Positions 14,386-27,201 of a stretch of 64,000 bases of DNA are shown here, piece after piece. The notes under the pieces are model-generated. The model made no database searches. It saw only the letters and a program-made list of their open reading frames with translations, and had not been told where the DNA came from. The first letter of the stretch is position 1. Each line of letters opens with the position of its first letter. Made by a program: the position numbers and the translations under genes. Origin of the DNA: Eledone cirrhosa (taxonomy: Eukaryota); NCBI GenBank assembly GCA_964016885.1, contig OZ024743.1, positions 53,568,001 to 53,632,000 on the forward strand. Reading direction: 5' to 3'.

Positions 14386-16543
14386 TTATAGCACTAGTCT
14401 ACCCCCCGGGTCATTATGGGGTTTGAGGGCGAGGTAAGTCCTACGCAATCTATGTTTACATGCAGTAACCAGTTCATCTTTCTTGTTTAGGAGTTGGTCC
14501 GTCGAAAACAGCATTTGTAAAGTTTCCTCCGAGCATAAATTGCACGGACGGCGTCCTCCCGTGTAAGAATTGGCTCTGGACAGTAATCTCCAAGTGAGAT
14601 CATAGGTGATGTTGTTGTCCTTGAGGTCCCATATGTGGCCCGAAAGTGTAGTGGCGTGACGCCGGGCCGGGTTTCGGAAGGTATGTCTATGTTGGTATAG
14701 CCGGGTCTTGAAGTCACATGCGGTAAGTCCTATATAGGCTTTGTTGGAGGTATCCGTCCTCACGTTGCACTGGTAGATCACATTACGGTCTCTGCATCTA
14801 TTGTCGAGTGGGCAAATAGATCTATCCGGGCAGTTACACCTCCTGGTCGGTTCTCCACTGCTATTTAGGTTATTTCTGCCATCGGGGTTGAGTTTTTTGT
14901 TGTTAGAGGAGATGATGTTTTGTGCAAAGTTTGGTGTAGTGCTGTAAGAGAGTTTGATGGTATTTTTGTTAATTATGTTGTGGAAGCGGTGTTGTAATGG
15001 GAAGTGTTTTTCAATGAGCCTAAAGAATAGTTTCCCGATGGGAGTTGTCACCTCTGCGTTGTGGGGAGGATGTTACATTGCGTGAGCGGCGGTGTCTCCT
15101 GCTGGTTCCGCTAATGGGAGCTGGACAGTAGGATATTTCCTCCCGGAAACCACTCCGCTTGAGGGCCTGGTTGTAATAAGGCGCATGTTCATCGAATATC
15201 CGCTCATTAGCTGACAAACGGGATATGCGGAGGGAGATGTTTTTGACCAGGTTGTTTGTGATGTTCCTAGGATGGTTTGATCGGCGGTGGATGTAGTGCA
15301 GATTGTCATTAGGTTTCCTGTATGGGTAGTACAGGTCGTTTTCGAGGTCGAGGGTCACGTCCAGGAAGTTTACTCTGGTCAGGGACGTTTGTAGGGTTAT
15401 TTTAAATCCCCAGTCGAGGAAGAATCTGATTAATTGTTTCCGGACCCGATCTGTACTACTGGGGTTGTACCCTTTAAGGGTAAGGAGCCCATCATCACGG
15501 TACAATCCACCACCGAATGCAGGAAACATATCAGTGAGTTTGGCTATTAGGAATAATCCTATAAGATCTGTGACCTCCGCCGAATCCGTGGCGCCCATGC
15601 TGACGTCGAAGGGTGAGTCGGGAGCTCTTTTTATCCATTTAGAGTCGTCAAAGAGTAAGACTGTCTTCCTGGCGTGGAGGATGATTTTTCTTTCCTGGTC
15701 GGTGATGGGCACAAGTGTTTCGGCGAAGTCCAAGGCGGCAGTAAGTAGCGGTAAGGTGATTGAAGCATAGTAGCTCTCTATGTCGAACTGTATGAATTTA
15801 GTTTCTCGTTTATCCTCCATATTGCTGAACCAGGAGATTACTTCCTGGGTGTTGATCCATAGGCTAAGTCGGGTGTGTTGCTTGACTTTTGGTATCACGC
15901 GGTCTAGGATTTTTTTGCTGATTCTCCCTATGTCGGACTTCGTTGGGTTAATAAGCCTGATAGAGGGTTTACGGTCAAAATCGGATTTATGGTCCTTCAG
16001 TGTGAAGTATGGTGTCCGTGGGTCTAGAGGTTCCGTGCGGTCGGCGACCCCGAGGCTGGAGGTGATTTGTTGTCCATCTCGATTTATGTCCTCGATGCAA
16101 GAGTGGTTGGCCTTTTTATAGGTGGAGTTTAGGCTGCTCCTGATCAGTGTGTGGTATCTGTCAGGGTTGACAAAGTATAGGTTCCCAGTTTTATCCGAAT
16201 GCACCATGATGTCATTTGTGTTATCATACTCTGTTAGGTTGCTACGGAGTTTTTGTAGGAATCGGTTGTGTCTGGGTTTAAATTTAATGTTCTTGACCAG
16301 TTGGAAGAGGTCATTCTCGAAGGGTGCGAGCAAGGGGTTCAGGGGCGGAGATTTGTAGGTAATAAATCCGAATCTCTCCTTGGTGCTGAAGTCTTGGTTG
16401 TCGCAATATCTGTCATAGAAAAAAGTTCTCCATCTAAGTCTTTTCGCAAATAGATCGATTTTTTGCGTGAGCATCCGAAGGTAAAGTTTTTTCGGTGGGA
16501 TTGGGATGTTCTTGGTAGAGAAGTCAATGTTGTGTTTTCGCAT
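14386..16543 (-). pseudogene. PLE RT + GIY-YIG endonuclease ORF with one frameshift near 15070
   Basis: FSTKNIP, HSDKTGN, QFDIESYY, MGATDSAE and YRDDGL (RT); CNC...CPL...C, VIYQC, YIGLT...FKTRLYQH and LLNKKDE (GIY-YIG); probable ATG at 16543. Confidence 0.92.
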
Positions 16544-16716
16544 GGTGCGGGTGAAATGAATTGGGCTTAGCGGAAAAGTCTGGATACGGCGTGGCAGGGT
16601 CGGAAAGTGCTCTACTACGGGGGTAGGAGCTAGATAACGAAGGAAATGTGGTAAGGAACCAGGTGGACCATAACGCACCAAAGTACTCAATACTTGAGGT
16701 AGTAGAGTGGGTAATA

Positions 16717-16828
16717 GGAACCAGTAAGACCCCGACAGCTGAGCTCAAGCCGTTTCGACGGCTAATTCTGGACTAAATGAAAATTTATCCTGGTATTTAA
16801 ATAGCCGATCTTCTCAAGGGGTAATTCC
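16717..16828 (-). ncRNA. Hammerhead ribozyme in 5' pLTR (identical to 13161-13272)
   Basis: Exact repeat at offset 3556. Confidence 0.8.
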
Positions 16829-17686
16829 ATATATGGTCAAAGTGATTGTAAAAAATCAGTAGTAATTCTGTGGTTGCAAATTAGTAGGGGAGATGGTGGC
16901 TAAACCTGCCAGTAGGAGAAAGAGGGGGGGGGGGGAGTAGCCCCAATCAAGCGTTTGTAGTGCCAGCTACAGCTGGGCATGAGGTCAAAGAAGATACAGG
17001 GGAGGGGGAGGGGGAGGAAGTCGGAACGGTAGGTAGAACAATGGGGGGTAGAAATATATAGGAAAGAAAAAATACTGAGAGTGAAGAAAAGCAAATAAGT
17101 GTAAAGAAAAACAAATGAGTGTAAAGAAAAAAGTAAAGTAAATTAAATTCTACGACCTAGGTCTCTAGCTATTGTTAGTCTAGAAATAAATAAATAAAGA
17201 AAGAAAGAAGTAAAGAAAGAAATAAAGAAATAACGAAATAAGTAAAAGAACTAGGTGGGACGAAATAGGCAAGGACCCTTTTAAGAGGTATAAGTACGTA
17301 AATGATACGGTGACGGGTCAACAAAAGGGGCCAAAATACTAAAGAGACTACCACGAAATAAACAATAAAGGTTTCCATCCCGGGCACAATTCCAGCAACC
17401 ACCCAGTGCAGCAAAGTGAACTAATACGAGATAATAATTCTGAGTCCCGAGAAAAATATATACTAATGCTAACTCTAAAAGATCTAAAACAAGCTACATG
17501 AAAGTTCGTACGAAGTAAAGGTAGAATACGGAAGAATAAATTCAGAATCCACCCCGCCCAAAAGAAAAGCGAAGAAAGAAATACTGAAACGAAAAAATAA
17601 GGCATAAGTGCCACTAAGAAATTTTCATTTAGTCCAGAATTAGCCGTCGAAACGGCTTGAGCTCAGCTGTCGGGGTCTTACTGGTT

Positions 17687-17767
<81 letters not shown>

Positions 17768-17934
17768 GCAAGAACACTTTCATTGACACTGTTGCTATTC
17801 TGCTGTTATTGTTGAAGTAGCAATGAACAGTAGGCTTAATATATATATATATATATTAAGTACACACTTACACACACACACACACACACATATATGTGTA
17901 TATATATATGCATATGTATAATATATATAAATGA

Positions 17935-18138
17935 ATAACGAAGGAAGTGTGGTAGGAATCAGATGGACCATAACGCACCAGAGTACTCAATACTTAGGGT
18001 AGTAGAGTGGGTAATAGGAAAATGTTTAACCCCGACGGCAGAGCTCAAGCCGTTTCGACGGCTATTTCTGGACGCAGGGTCCAGAAATAGCCGTCCAAAC
18101 GGCTTGAGCTCTGCCGTCGGGGTTAAACATTTTCCTAT
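17935..18138 (-). mobile_element. Fold-back pLTR fragment of the 13078 PLE family
   Basis: Tail plus inverted arms 18015-18073 and 18080-18138. Confidence 0.85.
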
Positions 18139-18379
18139 ATATATGAATATATATGTGTGTGTGTGTTTGTGTTTGGGTGTGTGTATGTGTTTGTGTGTAT
18201 TATATATATATATTATGTTTGTGTGTATTTGTATGATTAAGTTGACAGAATCCTCATTTCGATAACTGAGACATTTCAAGTGAACTGGATTAATCCGACT
18301 AAAGAGATTAGTCAATTACAATAATACAATACATGTATTAGAATGTACTGGTTCACCCCTTTCTATACAGGCGCAGTGT

Positions 18380-18690
18380 GTGGTGACGTTGCTGTTGGTG
18401 GTTGGTGGTGGCGGTGGTAGTGGTGGTGGTGGTGGTGGTGACGTTGATTGTGGTGAAGGTAGTGGTGGCTGTGGTTATGGTGGTGGTGGTTATGGTGGTG
18501 CGGACATTTATAGAGGCAGTGGTGGTGGTGGTGGTGGGGACGTTGATTGTGGTGGAGGTAGTGGTGGTTGTAGTGGTGGCGGTGATTGTGATGGTGGTGG
18601 TGGTAGTAGAAGTGGTGGCGGTGATTATGGTGGTGTTGCTGCTCTGACATTTATAGTGGTGGTGGTCGTCGTCGCCGTCGTTGTGGTGGT
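18380..18690. repeat. Degenerate (GGT)n trinucleotide region
   Basis: Low-complexity ggt/gtg repeats; a similar (ACC)n tract lies at 63150-63460. Confidence 0.8.
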
Positions 18691-18724
18691 TGTGAGAGCA
18701 TCGGTATTTGTTGCGCTATTTGCT

Positions 18725-19745
18725 TGTTTCGGCTCTTTAGGATCTGAGATCAAATCCCACCGAAGTCAACGTGATTTTTCAACATTTCGGGTTCGATACA
18801 ATGGTTTCTGATTTAGGCACAAGGCCAACAATTTTGGAGGTTGGGGAAGGGAAAGTCGATAAAATCAACCCCAGTGCCTTACATAGCTTCATGCCACAAC
18901 TACATGCCTCAAAGCATGTTGTCCGCCACTCTACTGATACTGCCAATTCGCCACCCTAATAATTGTTTCTACTTTAGGCACAAGGCCATTCATTTGGGAG
19001 GAGGGAAAAGTCGATTAAATCGATCCCAGTGTATTACTGGTGATTTATTTTATCGACCCCGTAAGGATGAAAGGCAAAGTTAACCTTGGTGGGATTTGAA
19101 CATAGAACGTAAAGGACCGTAACTCTATGCTGCAAAGCATGGTGTCCGACTCTCTACCGATACTGTTAATCCACCACCCTTCCGCCATCCTAATAATAAT
19201 TGTTTCTACAATTGGCACAAAGTAATTTGAAGGGAAGGGGAAAGTCGATTTAATCGAACCCAGTGCGTTACTGGTACTTTATTCTATCGAGCCCGTAAGG
19301 ATGAAAGACAAAGTAAACCTCGGCGGAGTTTGAACTCAGGACGTAAAGGGCTGTAACTCTACGTCACAAAGCATGGCGTCTGACGTTCTACCGATACTGA
19401 GAATAAAGTACCAGTATCTCATTGAGGTCAATTTAATCGACTGTTCCCCTTCACTTCAAATTGCTGGCCTTGTGCCAAAATCAGAAACTATTATTATCGA
19501 TTATCGATGTAATAAGAGGTCGGTGGATTGGCAGTATCGGTAGAGTGTCAGACAACATGCTTTGCGGCATATAGTTACGTCCCTTTGCGTTTTGAGTTCA
19601 AATCCCGCCGAGGTTAGCTTTACCTTTCAACCTTACTGGGGTTGATAAAATAAAGTACCAGTAATCCACCCGGGTCGGTTTAATAGATATTCACCTGTCC
19701 TTCAAATTGCTGGCCTTGTGCCGAAAGTAGAATCGGTAGAGGGTC
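18725..19745. mobile_element. Cluster of ~5 tRNA-derived SINE family A copies in both orientations
   Basis: ggtggattggcagtatcggtagag head, B-box gagttcaaatcc, core gcctttcatccttacggggtcgataaaataaagtacc. Confidence 0.85.
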
Positions 19746-19859
19746 GGATTGTTATAAACAATTATTGTGAATTCTTTCGGGGTGATAAAATATAATACCA
19801 GTCATATACTGGGTCGATTTACTCGACTAACCCTTCACCCTGAAAATAATATATGTTCT

Positions 19860-20214
19860 TACCCTCAGGTCCCAAATAATAGGGGATCAGGAATAAGCGG
19901 GGGAGGGGAATCGGTAATTTTTATAGGTTGTCTCCCGTTGAATTTTTAAAAACCAAAATTAATCGTTTAGTTTACATATTGAGACCCCCAACTCATTCTA
20001 TTTATATTATAACGTATGGGATTTCTGGTAATGTTCTTTTTTTTTTTTATCATGTATAATGTTTTTTAATTTCTAAAGAAAATTAATTGTCGCAGGAATG
20101 CTACTACTTAAAATAAAATTTCGCCGGAGATAAATTAGTAAAATTTAATAAGCGGGGCAGAGGGATTGGAATAAGAACGGGGTATGTGAGGGCATTCTTT
20201 GAGACCCGGGAGTA
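19860..20214. mobile_element. MITE, same family as 503-791
   Basis: Reverse-complement similarity of the internal region and TIRs. Confidence 0.6.
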
Positions 20215-20754
20215 CGTCGACATAAGAAACAATTGTTGTTGCTAGTTATCGTCGTTGTTGTTATTGTTGTCGTTGCTATTGTTGTTGTTATTACTGCTGT
20301 TGCTATTGTTGTTATTGCTATTGTCTTTGAAATGTTCGTTGTTGCAAATACTGTTGCAGATGGTGTTGTTACTGATGCTACCGCTGCTGTTACTGTCTTG
20401 TTGTTACTGTTGTTGTTGTTGTTGTTACAGCTGTTGCTACCGCTGCTGCCGTCCGTTTCTGCACTTGATATTACTGCTGCTATTGATGCAGTTGTGACGT
20501 CGATTGAAGTGATACTCATGTCAAATGCGACTTTGATTTCTGACTGATTTATCTCGATTAAGTAATTAATCCTGATTATCTCACTAATCCTCTGGATTAA
20601 TGTCAGGGATCCACTTAACAGATCAGACAAGACGTCGACACATCATACATCACAAACCATTCCCCAGACATGAAAACAGATCGATATGATATGGGAAGAG
20701 ATTGGCAGGTATCAATGTTCGATCGAACACCTAAGTGTGATTAATAGATCTACG

Positions 20755-20990
20755 TGCGTGGCATTAGCGGTTAGTGTATTGAACTCAGGATCATAATGTT
20801 GTGGGTTCGATTCCTGGACCAAGCAGTGCGTTATTCTTGAACAAAACACTTTTTTACCCGTTGTTCCAATACACAACTGGCAAAAATGAGGTGTTCTTGT
20901 AATTCAAAAGGCCAATCTTATTTCACATCATGACACACTGAATCTCGCTGAGAACTTCGTTAAGACTACCCGTATCTGTAGCATGCTTAA
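20755..20990 (+). mobile_element. SINE family B
   Basis: gggttcgattcc B-box plus cttgaacaaaacact body. Confidence 0.6.
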
Positions 20991-21300
20991 CTATTTTCTT
21001 ATTAACTTTACGGGGAGACTGTTCCGTTGACCACAGACAAGGCGGCACTTAGTATTCTTAAGTAATTTATATTGTTTTTCATTTATCATTAAAACATCTG
21101 AGAAACCTCCTACGAGGTGCAATCTCGTAGGAGACCAACCTGTATAGGAGTTAGCTTTAAAATTACTTCTTGTCATACAAAGGCACAAGCATGGTTGTGT
21201 GGTCAAGGAATTCGCTTCGTAACCACGTGATTCTGGGCAAATGGACACTATAACTTCGGTTTGAATAATGACTTGTTGGTAGACGGACATTGCAGAAGAC

Positions 21301-21408
<108 letters not shown>

Positions 21409-21591
21409 CGACCGTGTTCTTTCTTCTCTCCCAATAATTTCAATGGAATATGTTTTAACACGATATCTTTTCCCCCTTTCTTTTCATTTTTCTTTCATTA
21501 TCTTCCTTTTTCAAGGGACTACCGTTGCTATAAAAAGCACAATAGCTTCCCTAAATCGTCACATAGATCTCTATCTATATATGTTATGACT

Positions 21592-21763
21592 TACCGTATC
21601 TCCTGGCCTCGAAGACGTTACTCAATCCCTAATATAAGTCTAAAAAATCTACCATGTGTCCTGGAGACCGAAGGTTGTTTATTATTTTTTACAAATTTTT
21701 TGGTTTTCAAAATTAGAGGGCGTCCTCAAGGACGAAGCGTCTTCGGCGCCGGGAAATACGGTA
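21592..21763. mobile_element. Pogo/Tigger-type MITE
   Basis: TIRs taccgtatctcctggc / gccgggaaatacggta with internal gaagacg / cgtcttc. Confidence 0.75.
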
Positions 21764-22006
21764 ATTGCAATAAGTTTTGTCTTTTACTCCACATACACCA
21801 CTTTGGCTTATGTCAGACGCTGTGACCACCGTTGGACCAGCGGTACCGCAGGTAGGAGTCGAAACTGTCAGAAGTACATCTCGACGATTGAAGACCTTGA
21901 AGATCTGTCTTTCGTTTGTCATTTTATTTTCAAAAAGAATTTTTAAGGTCATCCTTTCAAAAATTTCTTTTCGTTTTGTCTTGTTTTCGTTTTATATATA
22001 TATATA

Positions 22007-22568
22007 TAGAAGAGGTAAATATTTATATTATATTTTTTAATGTATTTTGAAAAATTGATTGAATTTTACTTGTTCTGCTTATCTTAATATTAAAGTTCTG
22101 GTGTATCAAATTAACACCATTGAACAACCCTGAATCATAGACAACCTATGTATTTCTAGGGGTACCTAGTATCCCTGGACATATTAACTTCTACCCTTTT
22201 CTCCGTCCGTTGAGAACAAATCTGTTGCTTTACTTGGCTGCTATTTTTTTAGTAGTAATTGTAGACAGCAAGTCTTTGATTTTCCCGCTTTTACTTCGGT
22301 CCAGTTTACATACGGGTCACTTTTACGACCTTTCAGACCTTTATTAGCTGGCAGGAGGTTGTATATTTTGTCGTTCCTGGGACGTTTAGCCCTAGGAAGG
22401 GAAAATGCTTCTCTGATGAGCTTTGGTTTTCCATCATAAATCCATCGGATTTATGAGGTTTTACAAAGCGAAACTGATCAGTAAGGGCCACTAGAAGAGG
22501 TAAATATTTATATTATATTTTTTAATGTATTTTGAAAAATTGATTGAATTTTACTTGTTCTGCTTATC

Positions 22569-22575
<7 letters not shown>
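22007..22575 (+). mobile_element. Non-autonomous retrozyme-like element: 485-nt unit with 84-bp terminal redundancy in (TA)n
   Basis: 22007-22090 = 22492-22575; no ORF; canonical HHR just upstream of the second repeat. Confidence 0.8.
22407..22488 (+). ncRNA. Type I hammerhead ribozyme
   Basis: ttct CUGAUGA gctttg...caaagc GAAA ctgatcag UA aggg; long stem II; palindromic stem III; predicted cut after 22483. Confidence 0.85.
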
Positions 22576-22609
<34 letters not shown>

Positions 22610-22613
<4 letters not shown>

Positions 22614-22965
22614 CGGGTAAACTTCCCGAGATCCATGGACCAGTTCTCTCTAGCGGTCTCTGCCCCTCATCATCTCTGCCATGTCCTGCGTCTCCAAGGG
22701 ATCAGTGTCTGTCCTTAGGGCGTCAACATATGTTAACCTCGATCACGCTCTTCCAGTGTGTCCATGCAGGGGCTCCCACAGGAGCACTGAATGCAGTGTC
22801 AACTCTGGATGTCGGTGAACATGTCCAGCTAACCTGTGCTACTCTCGAGCTGACTTTTGGGAGGCTCCCGTACAGCTTTGAGTTCTTCATCCTCAGTGTA
22901 TACTGATTAATGTTCAGAGCCATCCTCAGTATTCTCGTGTAGCACCCATCCACGTTCTGAGTATT
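22610..22965 (-). mobile_element. 3' fragment of the LINE family at 3951-6540
   Basis: High similarity to 3951-4305 with the same 3' end into (TA)n. Confidence 0.85.
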
Positions 22966-23558
22966 AGAATTAGTATTAGAATAAAGAAACAAAGATTCAG
23001 TGTTGCATCATAACATATTTAATAACATATTACATATGTTTCACTGTCGATCAGCTCGAGGAACGATCTATTAGTGATCGAACCTGCATGATAATTTCAA
23101 GAAAAAACCGTTCCATTTTATATTTCATATGCATCAACTGAAACGCTCGTCGTCGGTACCGACGGAGGTCTACGAAAAAACATTATTATTTTTTTTTTTC
23201 AATATTAACGTTTTTCCTTCTTTTAATTAATATTTTCTTGTAGAGAACTCAACCGATTGGTGAATGTTATTCTTCTTCTTTAGACATTCTTTATCATATT
23301 AATTCGTTTGAAAATATCGTTTTACGAAGCCGTCAAAGTTAATTTTACCTTCAATCATTGTAATGTTTCTGCATCAATAAAGCTTTTTACAAACAACCTT
23401 CATTTGTGTTTAACCTAGCCCTATAATCAGGGCCACGTCAAATTTCAGTAAAATTTTTTGTTCAACCATGACAGATCACTAATCACAAAAGAACTAGCTA
23501 CAGACATTTATGCTACATCTCATGTCTGAATGAGTTTGTTTTCTATACAATTTTGCCA

Positions 23559-23657
<99 letters not shown>

Positions 23658-24077
23658 CTAGCATAATATCCGTAAAATACGATGCGCTGTGTAGTTAAAA
23701 TTATATATAATTTAATAATCCCTTGATTACAACATTCTATGAGACGATGCTTGAATCTCAGAGTTTTTCTTGAACTTTTTGATATTTAATCTGTCTTCTT
23801 CTTCTTCTTCTTCTTCTTCTTCTTCTTCTTCTTCTTCTTCTTCTTCTTCTTCTTCTTCTTCTTCTTCTTCTTTATCCATAAGAAGCAGAATGTTAGTAAT
23901 AGTAATAATAATAATAGTAAACAACAGGAAAGAATCCACAAGTCTGATAAGCTATCAATTCCAGAATCGGGTACAATCACTACTATCATACCTTGAGCTA
24001 ATCGATCGCGAACGCACACCATGTGTGAATAAACATAATGGTGTTATATTGATACTTCGTTCCTGTTCTTTATTATG

Positions 24078-24126
<49 letters not shown>

Positions 24127-24609
24127 ACGTCTGTACATAACGAACACGCATCAACGAGGTGCTGCGTTACTGTGTCGTACATAGGAAAATCAGTACCTCT
24201 ACCTTTGGGACAAACCTTGTAGATTACTCATCATTATTACAACTGAAGAAACGTCCAAGTGGTTACCCTATCTTCTAGAAATATATATCAAATCTATATG
24301 AAACCACATACTGCTGTCATAATAAAAGATGGTCAGTTTGGATTTGGATAATGAAGTCGCTGATAGACTGTTTGAAAAGAAGGTGGATGGCTTAAATATC
24401 TTTGTCTATTGGAATGACTAGTCTAATCATTTCGTTACCATATTTCTAATGAAAAATACTGCCAATGATTTTAAAATAATTTTGAAAATAATCAAAAATT
24501 TGGAGGGATTTAGTAACATAACTAATTTTCTTATTAACAAGTTGGCGTTTGGAAAAGAAAAAAAAAACGAATATCATTATCTATAAAAGACAGATTGTTG
24601 TTGTTGTTG

Positions 24610-24729
<120 letters not shown>

Positions 24730-25257
24730 GTGTGTGTGTATGTGTGTGTGCATGTTCCATGTTTATACATTTGCACAATTTCAAACCGATTCGCCTCAAA
24801 GTCTCTAAGAATGTTGTAAATGGTCTTACTTAGGTCAACGACTATTTATTTCATTCAAACTCACCAGCAATTACGGAAATAATCGATAAAACTAAATACA
24901 TGACGCTTTATCCCTCTAATACAATCTGATTTACTCTCTCTACTCCTCTTAAAATTCGATAAAACTACATACATGCTGCAACTTTCTCTTATATACGATT
25001 AAACTTACAAACTTTAAGAGAGAGAGAGTGTGAGAGGGAGAGAGAGAGAGAGAACGTTTGTTTTTGAGTGTGGAACGGTCAAACATTTATTTACTTCAAT
25101 GACAAAGAGAACTTATTACATTTCATACGAAACAACAATTATTCAAAAGCAACAGATAAATTTATTCAACAACAACAAAAATAGCGATAAATCTTTTTTA
25201 AAACATCTATCAACGAACGTGGAAGAAAGAAGTATCAGTTCATTTATTATACACAAT

Positions 25258-25441
25258 AATATCCTCTATGAGGTCACTAAACCTGCTAGAAACAGCAGCT
25301 AACTCTCCCCCATATCACACCACTCCCTACTGTCTTAAATTTAGAAAACATATCCTCTATGAGGTCACTAAACCTGCTAGAAACAGCAGCTAACTCTCCC
25401 CATATCAACACCCCTCCCTACTGTCTTAAATTTAGAAAACA
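25258..25441. repeat. ~92-bp tandem duplication
   Basis: tatcctctatgaggtcactaaacctgctagaaacagcagc...aaatttagaaaaca occurs twice. Confidence 0.85.
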
Positions 25442-25699
25442 CATATTAGACAACCATGCAGAACAACTCCATCGCAGCTCTGTTGTTCGGTTGGCATCGT
25501 CTACGCGCGTGTTGCGCAAGTACTGTGAAACAATAAATTTCAACACTTCTATGCACAGAGATAATATCCATAGGCGAAATTACAATTGTCACTGCTGGTG
25601 CAGCTCCTGCTTCGGCAGTCCAGGTCTGCAATTCATTCACTCAGTGCCTGGCAGACGAAAAAGTGCTGCCATAAAATGGGTGGTGCAACCTAACTTTGG

Positions 25700-25740
25700 T
25701 AACATACTAACCCCGAGCAACGCCGGGCTTTAATGCTAGT
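25700..25740 (+). mobile_element. Helitron-type 3' terminus
   Basis: cccg-agcaacgc-cggg hairpin followed by CTAG|T. Confidence 0.5.
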
Positions 25741-26699
25741 TCTTACATAAAATCAAGATGGAAGGTTTTAAAAAAAATATAAACTCTAACTATTTATCGT
25801 GTTTCTAATGAAAGACATTGCCTATGATTTTCAACTAAGTTTGAAAATAATAAAGAATTTAAGAGAACTTAGCAATATAACTATCTTTTATCGAGGTTAA
25901 CTTTGCCTTTCATCCTTACGGGGTCGATAAAATAAAGTACCAGTAATACACTGGGATAATTGCTGGCCTTGTGCCAAAAATTAGAAACAATTATTATTTA
26001 GGTGGTGTTTAGAGCATAAATTAATGAAGGTGAAATTATGATGGAAGTTTTTATCTAGATATTTTACTATAAATTGCTTTGTATCATAGAACCAAGGATT
26101 GTTTCAAGTAGGTTGGTATCGAAAGTGCTCAACTACAAGAAGAAAAAAATCTAAAACTTCGTTTCTGAGAATACAATAGATTCTTATGAGAAATTCTAGA
26201 GAGATTTGGACAGCAGAATCTTTTCAGAGAAGAGGCACACCTCCTCACCCAAGTGTTTCAGTTCTTACACCTTAAAAGCGCCTGAGCCGCGCTGCATCCA
26301 GGATACTTCTGGATACACTGCCGCTCTTACCTTTCTTACCAGTAGTACATTACCACTTCTTGAGTGTGAACCGGGTGTCTCGATATCAAGTCGTCTTTGC
26401 GACTTGTTTTTCTTTTTAGGTCAGGACGGATGGATCCACATGACATCCGAAATCTAAAAGATTGATGATTCTGGACCTCGTCCCTGCTCGCTGGTATCGG
26501 GGTGGAGTTGGCCGCCTGCAGGTGCGAGTCCCGTGAGGTGGAGTGGCCGTTTCAGCGTGTCTCCCTCGCAGTCCTCCGGAGCAATGCATTCTCCATCCTG
26601 TCGGCCGGCACCCAGAGGCGGAGGATAAGTTAGTTGGTAGTGGAAGGTACTCATTCGGACGTCACTTTCACACATGTTTTGAGTGCCTTTTTTATAACT

Positions 26700-26920
26700 C
26701 CTGTATGTTAAGCTTTTAAACTGTTGCAAGTCAACTCCTTCTGGAATGATATGAGTAAGGCGGAAGTTCCAGAAAGCCGACGTTCTAGACAGGAAGCACA
26801 GGGCGTGGTGTCAGGGAGGACTGGACGTTGTGGTTAATGCAGGGCTTGAAGTGTTGAACATAACATAAGTGATGAGAGGAGGAGGGACAAATGAATCGAA
26901 CTCTACTTAGGCCAGCAGCT
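26700..26920 (-). pseudogene. CR1/Jockey-group LINE ORF2 3' remnant
   Basis: FLSRTSAFWN......PEGVDLQQFK resembles the SF..RT..LWNSLP...DL..FK C-terminal motif. Confidence 0.5.
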
Positions 26921-27137
26921 TATTTCTTCCGTATATTCTAGTTACCTACTTATTGCATTCTGCAATGTTGCTAATATTTGAGATAAAGGCATGAACATCA
27001 CAACTTCCTTTTCATTCTTTCACTCTCTCACTCTTTCTCTTCCTCTCTCTCTCACTCTTCACTCTTCCTCTCTCTCACTCTTTCTCTTCCTCTCTATTTC
27101 TCTCTCACTCAGTTTCTTCCTCTCTATCTCACTCCTT

Positions 27138-27201
<64 letters not shown>

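Larger units (their letters stand above)
13078..17691 (-). mobile_element. Near-complete Penelope-like retroelement: tandem pseudo-LTRs plus inverted 5' fragment, in (TA)n
   Basis: ~985-bp direct repeats 13078-14063 and 16634-17622 (period ~3556); inverted pLTR piece 17619-17691; RT and GIY-YIG ORF between the repeats. Confidence 0.95.

Noticed and set aside
18380-18811. Glycine-rich ORF resembling a structural protein
   Set aside because: Degenerate (GGT)n running into a SINE; no credible start, splice or domain evidence.
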